A stretch of 59,614 nt of DNA, filler included, from Squatina squatina (GCA_031763465.1; 3 parts of 3 records of this genome joined end to end with filler, not necessarily neighbours in it), one strand, 5' to 3'; positions 13,234 through 26,805 are shown, numbered from the whole stretch's first letter. Translations and numbers: made by a program. Notes: generated by a model not told the origin, from the sequence alone.

Positions 13234-14188
13234 NNNNNNNNNNNNNNNNNNNNNNNNNNNNNNNNNNNNNNNNNNNNNNNNNNNNNNNNNNNNNNNNNNN
13301 NNNNNNNNNNNNNNNNNNNNNNNNNNNNNNNNNCATTGAGGGGAGAGACTAAGCGATTGAAAGACAGGATGAGGAAATATATGGGTACCTTTTGGGGAAG
13401 TCATTGAAACTTTTAATTATGAAAGTTTTTTTATGTGTAAAATATACAGGCAACTGAAAAAGGGTTGAATTCCCCCTCCATGCTAATTACATGGTGTCAT
13501 GTACTAATTAGCAACATTAGTGGCTCACAACCTTGCAGTGTTAATTCCAACAATATTCCATCAGATGAAATTTTTCATTTTGTGGTGGTTTATATTGTGA
13601 ATCTATAGTAATAATGACACACAATTAAGGAACGTTAAGTTATTGTACAGTATGTTATAAACCATTATGATACGAGCAATTGCAGGCTTGATTACTGGAT
13701 TGTTTCCATGTTGTTTTTACTGTGGGCTACTTTTGTTTTAAAGCAGCTAAGAAACTGATTTTTGGTTCCAAGCGGCACGTTTTAGTATTTTAAACTGCAC
13801 TATGGCTCGTGACTGGTAACGAATGTCATGCAGTTTTGTCCCATGCCTTGTTTCTGATGTAGAACAGCAGCTGAGACACATTCCCTGGCATTTCTCTCCT
13901 GCATTCTCATGTCTTTGCACCTATTCGAAAACTTCTGTTAAAAAAATTAGTGTGCTTCATGGCTCCCACCTTGTTGGATACCCAGAATTGACCTGATGGA
14001 GTTCTCGAATGGGAAATACACTTGATACAGACGCATAAATGACTCGACTCCATTATTTTATCATAAGCAAAATATTGATTTCCTCTTAACAGCAGGATAT
14101 TTCCGTTTTCAAATTTTTTTTTCCGATAGAAAAGAAAGCATTTTTTCCCCCCTCGAAGGTTAATTTTGTTTTTCTCTTTCTTTACCAG

Positions 14189-14320
14189 CACTAGCTACTG
14201 TTGAAGATTTCCAGATCCGACCACATGCTCTTTATGTGCACTCTTACAAAGCCCCAACTTTCTGTGACTACTGTGGAGAGATGTTATGGGGATTAGTACG
14301 TCAGGGCTTGAAATGTGAAG
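14189..14320 (+). CDS. PRKD3: PRKD3 exon, C1a domain N-half
   Basis: AG/GT-flanked 132 nt encoding [50 protein letters not shown] and KAPTFCDYC are PRKD3-type. Confidence 0.95.
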
Positions 14321-14538
14321 GTGAGTCTCCAGTTATGATGTACATCTCAAGGTATTTTTAAATGTACAAAATTCCAATTGTAAAATTGATTTTTTTTTTG
14401 TTTTTGTTTGTTTCCTTTTTGCACAAGTGTAACCTGCTNNNNNNNNNNNNNNNNNNNNNNNNNNNNNNNNNNNNNNNNNNNNNNNNNNNNNNNNNNNNNN
14501 NNNNNNNNNNNNNNNNNNNNNNNNNNNNNNNNNNNNNN

Positions 14539-15030
14539 CCCTCATCCACCAACTTTGTCACTTCTTCAAAAAATACAATTAGATTTGTAAGACATGATCT
14601 CCTTTTTAGGAAGCCATGTTGGGTGTCCCTAATATTTCCCTTTCTATCCAAGTATTCATATATTGCGTCCTTAATGATTCCTTCAAGAATCTTACCTATT
14701 TGTACCATGTTGAACTAATGGGCCTATAGTTACCCGGGTCTATCTTGTCACTTTAAAGATGGGGACTACATTAGCCTCCGTGCAGTCTATAGGACCCATT
14801 CCAAAGTGCAGTGAGCTGTTAAAAATACAGGCTAGGGGCTTGCACAGCACATGCCCCATCTCCCTGAGGACCATTGGGTGGATATCATCTGCCTAGCTGC
14901 TCTATCTATTTTCAAGTTCTTAATTCTTTCAAAAACAATATATTCATCTAAGTTAATAGTAGTTTTGTTAGTAATGTTATTACATTCTAATAGTTGAGAA
15001 TCATCGTCAAGGGTGATGGTAAGTACTCAT
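14539..15030 (-). mobile_element. Decayed CR1 LINE ORF2 (reverse transcriptase) fragment
   Basis: GKILEGIIKDAIYEYL...QHGFLKRRSCLTNLIVFFEEVTKLVDE, the CR1 QHGF..GRSCLTNL motif. Confidence 0.85.
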
Positions 15031-15688
15031 TGCCATATTGGTTAGGGCTGCTCACTATGCATCATGGGCATGTGCCTGAAACTGGTGTTTGGCCCATTGT
15101 GTGCCCTCAGATGATGGTGTCCCCATTTTAAAATCATACATCCTGTCTTTATTTTTATATATAGTTCCATTATAAATCCTTATGTCCACATTTATAATGG
15201 AAACTGTCTCTGTAAACTGAACATCGTCTTATCACATTCTCCTGCCAATCGAGGTGCTGCAGCCCCACTACTGGTAGAAGGGTATAATTACCGTGTGGAC
15301 AGTTTTCCAAGTACCAGACTTAAGTACTTCTCAGTTGTTAAAAGTTAAGATTAAAAACATTCCAAATACCGAGGTGTTTTTTTAAGCACAGTGGATGATG
15401 AAGCCATTGTCGGGCCTTATAGTAGATTCCTTTTAAAATTGTAATTTCAGTGTCACACAGTCATCACCTTCTGCAAATTGCTTGTACCTAAAGACATGAC
15501 CCTGGGATTACACTGTGGGATATTCATGCTTGGACTCTTAACTTATTTGTCCAAAATTCTTTTCCATTATTTTAATGAACGCTTTAATNNNNNNNNNNTA
15601 ATATAGCTCCGTCTGAGATGTTGCAACATAATCGGAGATTAACCAATTTCCTTTTCTTCCCTAACCATCAACCCCTAATCCTGGTCAG

Positions 15689-15840
15689 GATGTGGGCTGA
15701 ACTATCACAAACGATGTGCCTTCAAAATTCCAAACAACTGCAGTGGAGTGAGGAAAAGGCGCCTGTCCAATGTCTCTCTGCCAGGGCTCTCTGTTCCAAG
15801 ACCGGCACCGTTAGACTGTTCAGGAGTAGTCTCCGAGGAG
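15689..15840 (+). CDS. PRKD3: PRKD3 exon, C1a C-half and linker
   Basis: cag|GA...GAG|gtgagt encoding [50 protein letters not shown]. Phase-compatible with both neighbouring exons. Confidence 0.95.
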
Positions 15841-16843
15841 GTGAGTAAGATTTAGACATGCAAATAGTGTGGGATTTACATTATCAAAGTCTCTCATCAT
15901 TTTGGTCTTCTCTTAACCTGCTTTGTTCGAATGAAAATTTCTCCAGTCTCTTCTTGTAACTAAAACCTCTCATCATGGAGAACATACTGCTGAATCTCTT
16001 CTGCACAATTTCCAACACCTACTTTCCAATTCCTTGAAATCTTTCCTAAAGTAACGCACCCTGTAGTTTAACAGTGGCCGAACCAATGTTTTTTACAGGC
16101 TTAGCATTACTTCTTTGCTTTGAAAGATAAAGAAAAGGATGCATTTACACAGTGCCTTTTACTACCTCAGGATGTCCCAAAGCATTTCACAACCAAAGAC
16201 ATACTTTTAAAGTGTCGTCACTGCTATAATCATAGAATCATAGAATGATACAGCACAGAAGGAAGCCATTTGGCNNNNNNNNNNNNNNNNNNNNNNNNNN
16301 NNNNNNNNNNNNNNNNNNNNNNNNNNNNNNNNNNNNNNNNNNNNNNNNNNNNNNNNNNNNNNNNNNNNNNNNNNATTGCTCTGTGTTAAGACTTTTTGGC
16401 AAAGTCAGATCTTCTGTGAGCCAGGATTTTTGGGGGCTGGGACTCAATGCAGAATGTTTTCTCACTTACCTTTTTCTTGGCCTCCCTACACCATCCGAGG
16501 TTCAGAGAACAGGGCTATAACCTATTCACGCCTCCATCAGTACCACTCTGAAAGCTGTGATTAGGAGCTGCACAAGAGTGGGCCAGGGTGCATCTTCCTC
16601 CAATTTTCTTTTTTCACAGGGGTAGCTGGGCTAAAGAACTTGGTGGCCAAGCCTAAATTATCCACACAATAGTTTAGAAAACCAAGGTAGTTTTTCTTTC
16701 ACTCAAAAATATTATACATAGCTTTGGTGTGCCATGATTAACAATGACTCTCTTTAGTTTTGAGTTTAAAATGTAGCATGCATCATAAACTGTTTCACTT
16801 GGACATCATAGTCTGAAATCATTGCATGTGATTGGTGTTGCAG

Positions 16844-17033
16844 CGTTGCCACCAGGAAACCAGCAAAAGAATACCCTCATGGAGTGGGCGTCCAATCTGG
16901 ATGGAAAAGATGGTGTTGGGGAGGGTGAAAGTACCGCATACCTTTGTCATACACTCCTATACACGACCCACTATCTGTCAATATTGCAAGCGGTTATTAA
17001 AAGGCCTGTTTCGGCAAGGAATGCAGTGTAGAG
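16844..17033 (+). CDS. PRKD3: PRKD3 exon, C1b domain
   Basis: [63 protein letters not shown], donor gtaagg. An in-frame alternative acceptor lies 12 nt downstream. Confidence 0.93.
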
Positions 17034-18397
17034 GTAAGGGCTGTACATGTACAACTAGTGCTGTTTGTGGCTAAAGTAACAGCACTTTAGTCCTTCACAG
17101 GCAATAATTTGGCCTACAAATTATACTGTCCAATATTAGCATGTGAACTCCAAACATTGTTTTATTCAAGCTAGTTAATNNNNNNNNNNNNNNNNNNNNN
17201 NNNNNNNNNNNNNNNNNNNNNNNNNNNNNNNNNNNNNNNNNNNNNNNNNNNNNNNNNNNNNNNNNNNNNNNNNNNNNNNAGCGTCTTTCACCCTTGCAAA
17301 ATAAATACAGCATTACAGTGCGTAATCATACACAGACATACATAATAAATAAGCAAATATATGGAAATTATTGCTACATGACAGCTGCTTTATACAGCAC
17401 TTGTTTTATACAGCACTATCACATTCACCTTGTTGAGCTTTTCATGGGACTTATGGTGTACCAATATATTTTTTTCAGAGAAAGCAATAGAGAAATTGCT
17501 GCATTATCACCCTTTTGCATTTGGCATTTCCTTTTAGTTTGATACAGTTGATGTATAATTCTAAAATGACAGTCCCTTTGCATGGGATTTTACCAATCTT
17601 TGTCACAGTCAGTGTGGGGATTTCCCCCTTAATTACTTATGGAGAGTTGCAGATTCAAGATCAGTTCATTAATTCTTCACATCAGCTGAAGACAGTTAGT
17701 CTGGACTCGTATGTAAAGTTTCTGCCTGGTGTCAGCTCATGAAAGGGTAAAACACTGCCTCTAATTATAGCAAAGTGCTCGTATCTTTGCATCTGTCTCT
17801 AGTTTAACCACCACAGCCTTCATTACAAGTTGTAAACTGTGAGACTGTTCAGGAAGNNNNNNNNNNNNNNNNNNNNNNNNNNNNNNNNNNNNNNNNNNNN
17901 NNNNNNNNNNNNNNNNNNNNNNNNNNNNNNNNNNNNNNNNNNNNNNNNNNNNNNNNTGTGGTCATAGCTTGACCACTACTGCTGAGTAATAGTGGAGTTG
18001 ATATCTTTGCTTTTTCTGCACCAGGCTCACTTTTCAGTATTGCATTACTGTAAAATCCCAGTTACTCGGTGAATCGGTTCCGTGAGTGTCCTGTCTAAGT
18101 CCATACTATTGACTACAGCTTCCTATTTAGTAGTCTCAAGAAGCCACCCAGATATCATGTGAAGTAAGTTGATAAACTTATGCTGCAGATCTCTGTAATC
18201 TTGGTGTTCCTACTCCCTCAAACTGGTACACTTGACTGTTGGCAGAAACCTACAATTTATGCATCAACAGGAACATGTGGTTGTGTGGGCAATACAGGGA
18301 CAGCAGAGGAGCCTACAGAACTTCAGAAAGGACAGATGATCACATAAATTATTCACACACTGCATTTGGTTTCAACCTTGCACTACTTTTGTTACAG

Positions 18398-18470
18398 GAT
18401 ATCAGCTCTGTGTACCAGATCTTTGCTGATGAGGTGCTGGGTTCAGGGCAGTTTGGAATAGTATATGGAG
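18398..18470 (+). CDS. PRKD3: PRKD3 exon, kinase Gly-rich loop
   Basis: ttacag|...|gtaagt encoding [24 protein letters not shown]. Confidence 0.95.
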
Positions 18471-19883
18471 GTAAGTCGCATAGTACTCCTGGTCATATGG
18501 TCAATATTTTTGTCTTTTTTTAAACCACAGTGCATTTTGTTGTAAACCAGTCACTGCAACAATGCTTCGTCCAGGTACACATGAGGCAACTTGAAAACTG
18601 CCAATGCTAAGCAGGCCTCTCAGATCCCAGACCTCATTTTCATCCCAACTAGGGCACATCTGTCATTGTGATCTCACGGATTCTGTCCTTGATTAGCTCC
18701 TGTAGATACTGTATTAATCCCCTCCCACCCAAAAGACAAAAATATGTATAACTTTCAGTTTCATTGGTAAAAGAACAAACTGGAAAGGAGCAAATGGAAG
18801 TACATATAGCTTAAGGTTCATCTAAGCTGTGCTTGTATGCATAAGCTGGCATTGCAATTATTGAACTTTCAGGTGGTAAGATTTCCTAGATTCCTGTTAA
18901 CAGGGCTTTTAGTGACATTAATTGTTGACAGGTTCATGCCAGCACTTCTCCACAAGCTGAGTTCCTGTTGACTGGCTTTCAGGGGAAATACAAAATGAAA
19001 GNNNNNNNNNNNNNNNNNNNNNNNNNNNNNNNNNNNNNNNNNNNNNNNNNNNNNNNNNNNNNNNNNNNNNNNNNNNNNNNNNNNNNNNNNNNNNNNNNNN
19101 NAAGTGTGTTCCAGTTCAGAATGAGTTGTAGAACAACACCTGTTCCAGCACAAAGCACATCCCCTTTAAGAGGTGCATTGTGCTAGAGCAGGCTTGCTTT
19201 AAGTAGTGCAGGCTAGCTTTAACTGATGCTAGCCCCATGAGTTTGGGCCCCCTGCTGACGCATGCAGCCAATCAACATTAGTGCTGGCTGTATGCTGCAA
19301 TCATGTTAATCAGCAGACAACATGAAGTCGGCGTGCTGCCTGCATCATATTGAACGGGCATGGGTTAATTGCGCATCGTGATCCCCGCGCCCATTTTTAA
19401 GGGCTATCAAATTTCGTCCTCAAAATGTTGTAAAATCTCAACGAACAATTTACTACCTGCAGGAATGAGACTTCAGAGTTTCAACTGCACCCTTTCTGGG
19501 CTGGAGAGTTTGAGAGGCATTGCAGGAACATAAACCTCGTCATTAAAAGGGTCCTTACAATTTTAAGTACCAGCCATTACTTTCTGCAGCGAGTTTAATT
19601 TGTTTTAACAGCTCTTCCACTCCAATTGTGAATATTCAATGTAATACAAAAACATTTCTATTAACTACTGTTTTAGTTAGAACACAACCATACAGAAACT
19701 GTTTTGTGCTCTTAATGATTCATAATTGTTACTGCTTTCCGAATTGAAATCATTCATTATTGTAATTTGTTAGAAGTTTATCCTTCATTATAATTAAGTT
19801 GTGTATCATTGATTTTACAAAAGTTACTTTGGGATGAAATGTGATTAGCATTTTGGACATTCTAAATTTGACTTTTCTTTTAA

Positions 19884-20249
<366 letters not shown>

Positions 20250-20702
20250 TGAATGAGGTGAATTTAACAATGAATAGCAAGTGTTTGCCTTGTGAAATAA
20301 GTAGTTTCAAAGAAGTTCGGCATTAGCTGAGATCCATATTATTTTTAACTTTGCCTGGATAGCTCAATAGGTTACAGCATTGACTTTGCATTTTCTGCCC
20401 AAATTGATGGAATGAAAGTCATCTGGTTGTAAAGGTCATAACTGAAATGAATTTTGGCATACTTAATCTATTTCCTAGCAGGCAAAAATACACAGTGTAA
20501 TACTGCTGATTTTTGGGCATTAATAGATACAAAATTGTCAGTCTCTCCGAAAAGATGTTTATTGTAGGAAAGAGAAATTTCACAGTGATGAAGTAAGGAG
20601 TGTTTGGCTCATTTGGCCATACTGTCGTCAAAAGGTCATGAATTCAAGCCCCACTCCAGGACTTGAACACATTACCTCGGCTGAAACGTCAGTGCGGTAC
20701 TC

Positions 20703-20802
20703 NNNNNNNNNNNNNNNNNNNNNNNNNNNNNNNNNNNNNNNNNNNNTTAATTAATTAANNNNNNNNNNNNNNNNNNNNNNNNNNNNNNNNNNNNNNNNNN
20801 NN
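20703..20802. other. Artificial scaffold-joining spacer
   Basis: 44 N + TTAATTAATTAA (stops in all six frames) + 44 N = 100 nt. Gene content switches from mid-PRKD3 to mid-KPNA6 across it. Confidence 0.95.
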
Positions 20803-20878
20803 CACAATGACAAGAAATGCTGTCTGGGCACTGTCCAACTTGTGTAGGGGGAAAAATCCACCTCCTGATTTTGAGAAG
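20803..20878 (+). CDS. KPNA6: Importin alpha-7 exon (ARM repeats), 5'-truncated
   Basis: TMTRNAVWALSNLCRGKNPPPDFEK|gtaact. Confidence 0.9.
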
Positions 20879-21102
20879 GTAACTACCCTCTGATGCACTG
20901 CCTTTGCAATTGAGTATAATGTCACTGTGATCTTCTGACCCAACCAGTTGTAATGTCCATGTTTTCCAGGTGAGTTACAATTTTGTAATTGTGCCATAAC
21001 ACTGTCCTAAGTGGGTGGGTAGTTTCAATGTTGTTGAGTTTAGGTGTTCATCTTTTCATCCTAGCTACTTCGCAAATTAAAGATCTCTACTTTTATTTGC
21101 AG

Positions 21103-21266
21103 GTATCCCCCTGTTTACCTGTGTTGTCCAGGCTACTGTTCAGCAGCGATCCTGACTTGCTTGCTGATGCTTGTTGGGCATTATCTTACCTGTCAGATGG
21201 ACCCAATGAAAAAATTCAGGCTGTTATCGACTCTGGGGTTTGCAGACGATTGGTGGAACTCTTAAT
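21103..21266 (+). CDS. KPNA6: KPNA6 exon
   Basis: [54 protein letters not shown](M), AG/GT-flanked. Confidence 0.93.
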
Positions 21267-22709
21267 GTAAGTTTATTTGCATGGAGATAGTAATCCTTGG
21301 ATCTTTTGTGGTGGCAGATTTGACCACAAAGATCAACTTTAACCTTGTTTAAACCTTCTCAAAAGTTTCAGGTTTTTGGCTAGCTGATTAGCCAAAGATT
21401 AGAAACTTCAATGTTAAATGATTCACAAACCGAGCTAGAAGTTTACAAGAAAAAAACACAATTGGGATGATTCTAATCCAGAATGATCTGTTCCTTTAAA
21501 AAGTGGCACTGTACAAATACAGCGGGACTCTTTGCTGCTTTGTCCCTTCTGTGCATCTGGGGTACCAGCTTGAAAATGATGGGAATGATTTTGCAGAATG
21601 CTTTGAGCTGCTGTGGTTGAATGGAAGCAACTGACAGCTGGATTTTTAATTTACACGAGAGACTCCTTCACAGTTCCTAAATTAGGTGCAGCTTTGTGCA
21701 GTGTTGGGAGCCAGGTATTTTGTCAACGATTTTCTTGGTTTGAAGTAGAGGAGTCACCTGTGGATCTGGGTACTAACTTTTAACCCTGGGAGGGAGAATA
21801 TAACGTTGCAATTATATTTCTGGACTGCTTCTAATTGTAGTGCCTCTGCAATGTCCTACTTGCATTGGAATTTGCCCTGTTCACATTGCAGGATAATGTC
21901 GGCATCGGATGGGAACAAAAAAAACAATTCTGCAAAGCTATGCACACACAGTTATTGAAAAGGCATGAATGCAACTTTAATTTCCAGGCTCTAGACCCAG
22001 TTCTAGTGTCAGGTGGAGGCCCATACAAACTCAGTAGCCTGGTCAGAAAACAATTTGAGGCAACACTAATAACACCAACAGTAATCTATCAATGTTGGTT
22101 AACTCTGATGCTGAATTTATGGTACATGACAAAACCGTGACCTTGAATTCATCAAATGCAACATCTTGGAGCCAAGCCTGTGTCCTAGCCCTCTGTATCA
22201 CAGATCAACCATGATCTAATTACATAGCGGAACAGGCTCGAGGGGCTGAATGGCCTCCTCCTGTTCCTTTATTCCTTTGTTTATTGGGGCATTAACTTAT
22301 GGTGCCACCTTAATCGAATTCTTTGTCGCAAAATTTTGCTTGTTATCACCAAATATTAATGTTTTGGGAGCACACTGACGTAGGATTGCTAGTTTGTTTG
22401 ACGACGGGGAGAGCAGCCAGCTTCAAGTTGCAGTTAGCTGTCAGCTCAATTGGAATTTGTTACAAGTATGACATTTCTCAAACTTGGGATTAAAAGATGA
22501 CCTAACCACAAGAAGGTGACACATTCTGTGATTCTGAGAGAGTGATAGTAACTTCACACTTTGAAAAAGCATAATGATTCTGAGACTGTTTTGTATAATT
22601 GAACTTGAANNNNNNNNNNNNNNNNNNNNNNNNNNNNNNNNNNNNNNNNNNNNNNNNNNNNNNNNNNNNNNNNNNNNNNNNNNNNNNNNNNNNNNNNNNN
22701 NNNNNNNNN

Positions 22710-23012
22710 AGTAGTGGGAAGATCGCTCGGTCAGAAACAGAATACAGTAGTGGGAAGATCGCTCAGTTAGAAACAGAATACAGTGGTGGGAAGATCGCTC
22801 AGTTAGAAACAGAATACAGTGGTGGTAAGATCGCTCAGTTAGAAACAGAATACAGTAGTGGGAAGATCGCTCAGTTAGAAACAGAATAGAGGGAAGATCG
22901 CTCGGTTAGATACAGAATACAGTAATGGGAAATCGTTCGGTTAGAAACAGAATACAGTAGTGGGAAGATCGCTCGGTTCGAAGCAGAATACAGTTGTGGG
23001 AACTTCGCTCGG
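22710..23012 (+). repeat. 36-bp minisatellite, about 8 visible copies, in a KPNA6 intron
   Basis: Unit AGTAGTGGGAAGATCGCTCAGTTAGAAACAGAATAC repeated head to tail, running into the upstream gap. Confidence 0.95.
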
Positions 23013-23312
23013 TGATATGTTAAAGTTTACATAGTGTTTTGCCAATATTATTTGACCTTCCCCATTTTCCTTTCTGAATCATCTGCCACATAACTCCTGT
23101 AGTTGAATGGATACAGAAGGCAAGCACCCTCGTCTCAGTACAATCCCAATGCCACTCTTAGTCAGTTGTGAGCGCAGTTTGCTGAAGACTCCCCATCTTA
23201 TTTTTCATTCTCTTCCAGATTCTCCGCCCCAGTTTCTTCCAAGCACCAAGTAACTGCACAGATCTACTCCCATACCTCGGAAGGTGACTGGATTTTGTGA
23301 ATTTCTTCATAG

Positions 23313-23391
23313 GCATAATGATTACAAAGTTGCATCACCAGCATTAAGAGCTGTAGGTAACATAGTAACAGGTGATGATATTCAGACTCAG
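23313..23391 (+). CDS. KPNA6: KPNA6 exon
   Basis: [26 protein letters not shown]|gtaagt. Confidence 0.93.
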
Positions 23392-23554
23392 GTAAGTGCA
23401 CCACTGACTCGTGGGTTTGAAGTCAGTTGTAAATCAGTTATTGTCTCTAGTGGCTTTTGTTTACAATCACTTATTGTTTTCCAGGTTCAGGTAATATAAG
23501 AAACACTTCAAAAGCAAACTACATTTGATTTCAAGCACAGAAAGTAGAAAGGAA

Positions 23555-23850
23555 CACAGGAGGCCATTCAGCCCCTCGAGCTGTTCCACTGTTCAATTAG
23601 CTCATGACTGATCTGTATCTTAACTCCATTTACTCGCCTTGGTTCCACAACACTTTATTACCCTTGCCTAACAAAAATCTATCAATCTCAGTTTGGAAAT
23701 GTTTGATTGACCTAACCTCAACAGCTTTTTCAAGGGGAGCGTTCTCGATTTCCAAACTCCTTTGTTTGAAAAAGTGCTTCCTGACATCACCCTTGAATGG
23801 CCTAGCTCTAATTTTAAGATTATGCCCCCTTGCTGTGGACTCTCCAAAAC
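23555..23850 (-). mobile_element. CR1 LINE 3' end
   Basis: GGAGGCCATTCAGCCCCTCGAG...AAAAATCTATCAATCTCAG. It is the reverse complement of the tail at 22200-22270. Confidence 0.7.
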
Positions 23851-25302
23851 GTCTATGTTATTGACAACCCGTAAATTGCTGATCACCCAATATAGGTATG
23901 GGAGATACTTATCCCAAAATTTCTCTGGAAGGCTCTTGAGAGCGGATATGTGGCAGGACCCTATGGATGTGCCCCTGAACCCATCCCAAATCCTGAGCTC
24001 GATGCATGGGCCAGTAACAGTCCCACTGGGGTGCTCGCTCCATGGAGGCAACAGGATTTTGGAGTGACACTTTGTAACTCCATTAGGGAGGTGCAGGACA
24101 TTCTGTTATCAATATTAAAATGGAAAAAATTCTAGTTAATACATGTTCCTCGGGAATCTGGCACTGTCTCTCGAATCAATTGCCATTTTGATATAGCATT
24201 TTGGAGTCCACTTAGGGCATCGTATGGCAAGTCGAATGCTTCATGCAGGTGTACTTGCCGCTCACGGTATGCTGGGCAGACCTTGTATGATTTGCAGCCA
24301 TGCTCGGTGTCGCGCCAGTTCTGCCTCCAAATGTGATGCCACGACAGAGATTGTGGCAGTAGAGGAATTGCCGGCTTGTCCCATTACAATTTCTATATGA
24401 AGCCAGGGAGGGGTGGAAACGGGTTGTATCCCAAATTCCTGGCCCCTGCCCAGGCCATGTGAACTCTCAGCCAAAAATAACACAGATTTTATGCGCTCAG
24501 ATTTCGATCCACAGGTTGTATCTTCAAGCAGCAAACATGGGTATGACTGAAGTACTATTATGGGGCAGCTTAGTGACCAGAAGAAATTATGTTTGTGACC
24601 TTCATTCACACAAACAGTACACCAGGGTCTAATGTGTCGCACATTCTCATTCTGGTTCTTTCCAGAATCTGGTTAGCCACTAACTCCACATTTACAATAC
24701 AAATAATTACAAGATCTTAGCGCTGATTCATGCTGATGGTGCAGCTGCAATATAATTACACCCGAATATTCAGATCTACTTTTCACAAAAAACGCAATTA
24801 ACATTCTCTGAGCAAAATTCAAAAATTAAGCATTTCTTTCACAGTTTCCATTGTAAGCACCGTTCCATACGATACATAAACATTAAACTGGGAGGACACA
24901 AAAACATTAGAAAGTACCGGACACGTAAAGACNNNNNNNNNNNNNNNNNNNNNNNNNNNNNNNNNNNNNNNNNNNNNNNNNNNNNNNNNNNNNNNNNNNN
25001 NNNNNNNNNNNNNNNNNNNNNNNNNNNNNNNNAGAATATTAAAGACACTGAGATAAGTTGGAAAAAGAGGGAATAGTAATCAGCCAATTTCAAATCCAAA
25101 AAGGGTTGTCTTATCAGACCAAGCACCTGAAGCAAAAACCTGTTCTGGTTGGTCCATCATCAAAAATGATAAATCAGCACAATCCATCACACGCAACAGG
25201 AAACCTGCAGTTAAAAGTTCAATGCACCAAATCTTCCTTATTAATTTTGCAGATTACACATCACAATTAAAATCACTGAAACTTTTTTTTTTAATTTTTA
25301 AG

Positions 25303-25430
25303 GCTGTAATAGATGCAAACATCTTTCCAGTGCTGATTGACCTTCTTCAGAAAGCAGAATTTCGGACGAGGAAGGAGGCAGCTTGGGGCATCACAAATGC
25401 AACTTCTGGAGGAACGCCAGAACAGATCAA
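25303..25430 (+). CDS. KPNA6: KPNA6 exon
   Basis: [42 protein letters not shown](K)|gtgagt. Confidence 0.93.
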
Positions 25431-26534
25431 GTGAGTGACAGAAACACTCTTTGTACTTTTCTCTTCTCTTTTATTCCCCTTCCATTCTCTGTTCTTGAAG
25501 ACATGTATTGTTTGTTGGCACATAGTCCCATGGACACAGGGCACATGATAGTGCATTTCTTAAATGTCTATTCTTCGAGTTTTGAGCCAAGATGGAGCGT
25601 CAAGCTTTTTTGACAATCGGGGTGAATTGCAGCCAAGCCCATTCCTGTCTACCCAAAGTTCAGGTGCATGCACTTTCTCTGAAAGGGCAGCAGAAAGAAA
25701 TGACTAAGTATACATCATACCTCAAAAGTGTTCTATAGGTTAATATGGTACTAGTTTGCACATAGTAAGGTCCCACAAATAACAATGAGATGAATCGCAG
25801 TCATGCCCTATTATGTACCTTCAATAATACAATCTCAATACAAGTACTTCCCTATTCCATATCGAAGACCCTTCATTGTTTTAAAAACCTCTCTTAAATC
25901 TCTTGGCCTTTTCTGNNNNNNNNNNNNNNNNNNNNNNNNNNNNNNNNNNNNNNNNNNNNNNNNNNNNNNNNNNNNNNNNNNNNNNNNNNNNNNNNNNNNN
26001 NNNNNNNNNNNNNNNACTGTGATAAAGGTCTTTATAGTTCCTTCAAAGCCCTTCTTAGCCAAGCAGAATGTAATATTTGCCTGATTTTGCTGCTGATCCA
26101 GTTCCTCACCTATATTCAGACTATTTCCTTTAATGCATAAGAGATGTTTAGAGTAGGTGATGAGGGAAGAGGAGAGGATACCCTGTTTGAGTGTCTCAGG
26201 AGCAGCGAGAGACAGTTGAATGTGTGGGGAAGTGCAAGAGCAAAACTATACATAACCAGATTGAACATTAATTTTAATTTTTCATACATTAATTTAAAAA
26301 AAGCACTGAATTATCTAAACTAGAAATTGAACACCATAAGATTAATAAGTACTCTGAACTTTGTCAAAATGAGATGTCATGTCTCAGCCACACTTGCTTT
26401 GGAGTGAAGTGATTATACAATGTGTGGTTCAGTTCTGGAGACCCAATGCATGGTCCACCACTATAAAATGTACAAAAACTTTTTCTTGATTACACTGCAG
26501 AATATCCTTACCTATTTTTGTTTTTATTTTAAAG

Positions 26535-26713
26535 GTATCTTGTAAACTTGGGTTGTATTAAACCATTGTGTGACCTGCTGACCGTTATGGACTCCAAAAT
26601 AGTTCAAGTTGCCCTAAATGGGCTCGAAAATATTTTGAGACTTGGAGAGCAGGATGCAAAACAGAATGGAACTGGGATCAATCCATACTGCAGCCTTATT
26701 GAAGAAGCTTATG
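26535..26713 (+). CDS. KPNA6: KPNA6 penultimate coding exon
   Basis: [59 protein letters not shown], followed by a 92-nt intron. Confidence 0.93.
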
Positions 26714-26805
26714 GTAGGAGAAGTGTCAAAAATTGACTTTTTTTCCATAAATTCTAATGATACTTATGAAATATCTAAAATAAACTTACCATTTCTTCTT
26801 CACAG

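Noticed and set aside
22710-23012. 36-bp repeats resembling a CRISPR array or repeat protein
   Set aside because: Units are contiguous with no unique spacers, there are no cas genes, and it lies in a vertebrate intron. It is a minisatellite.
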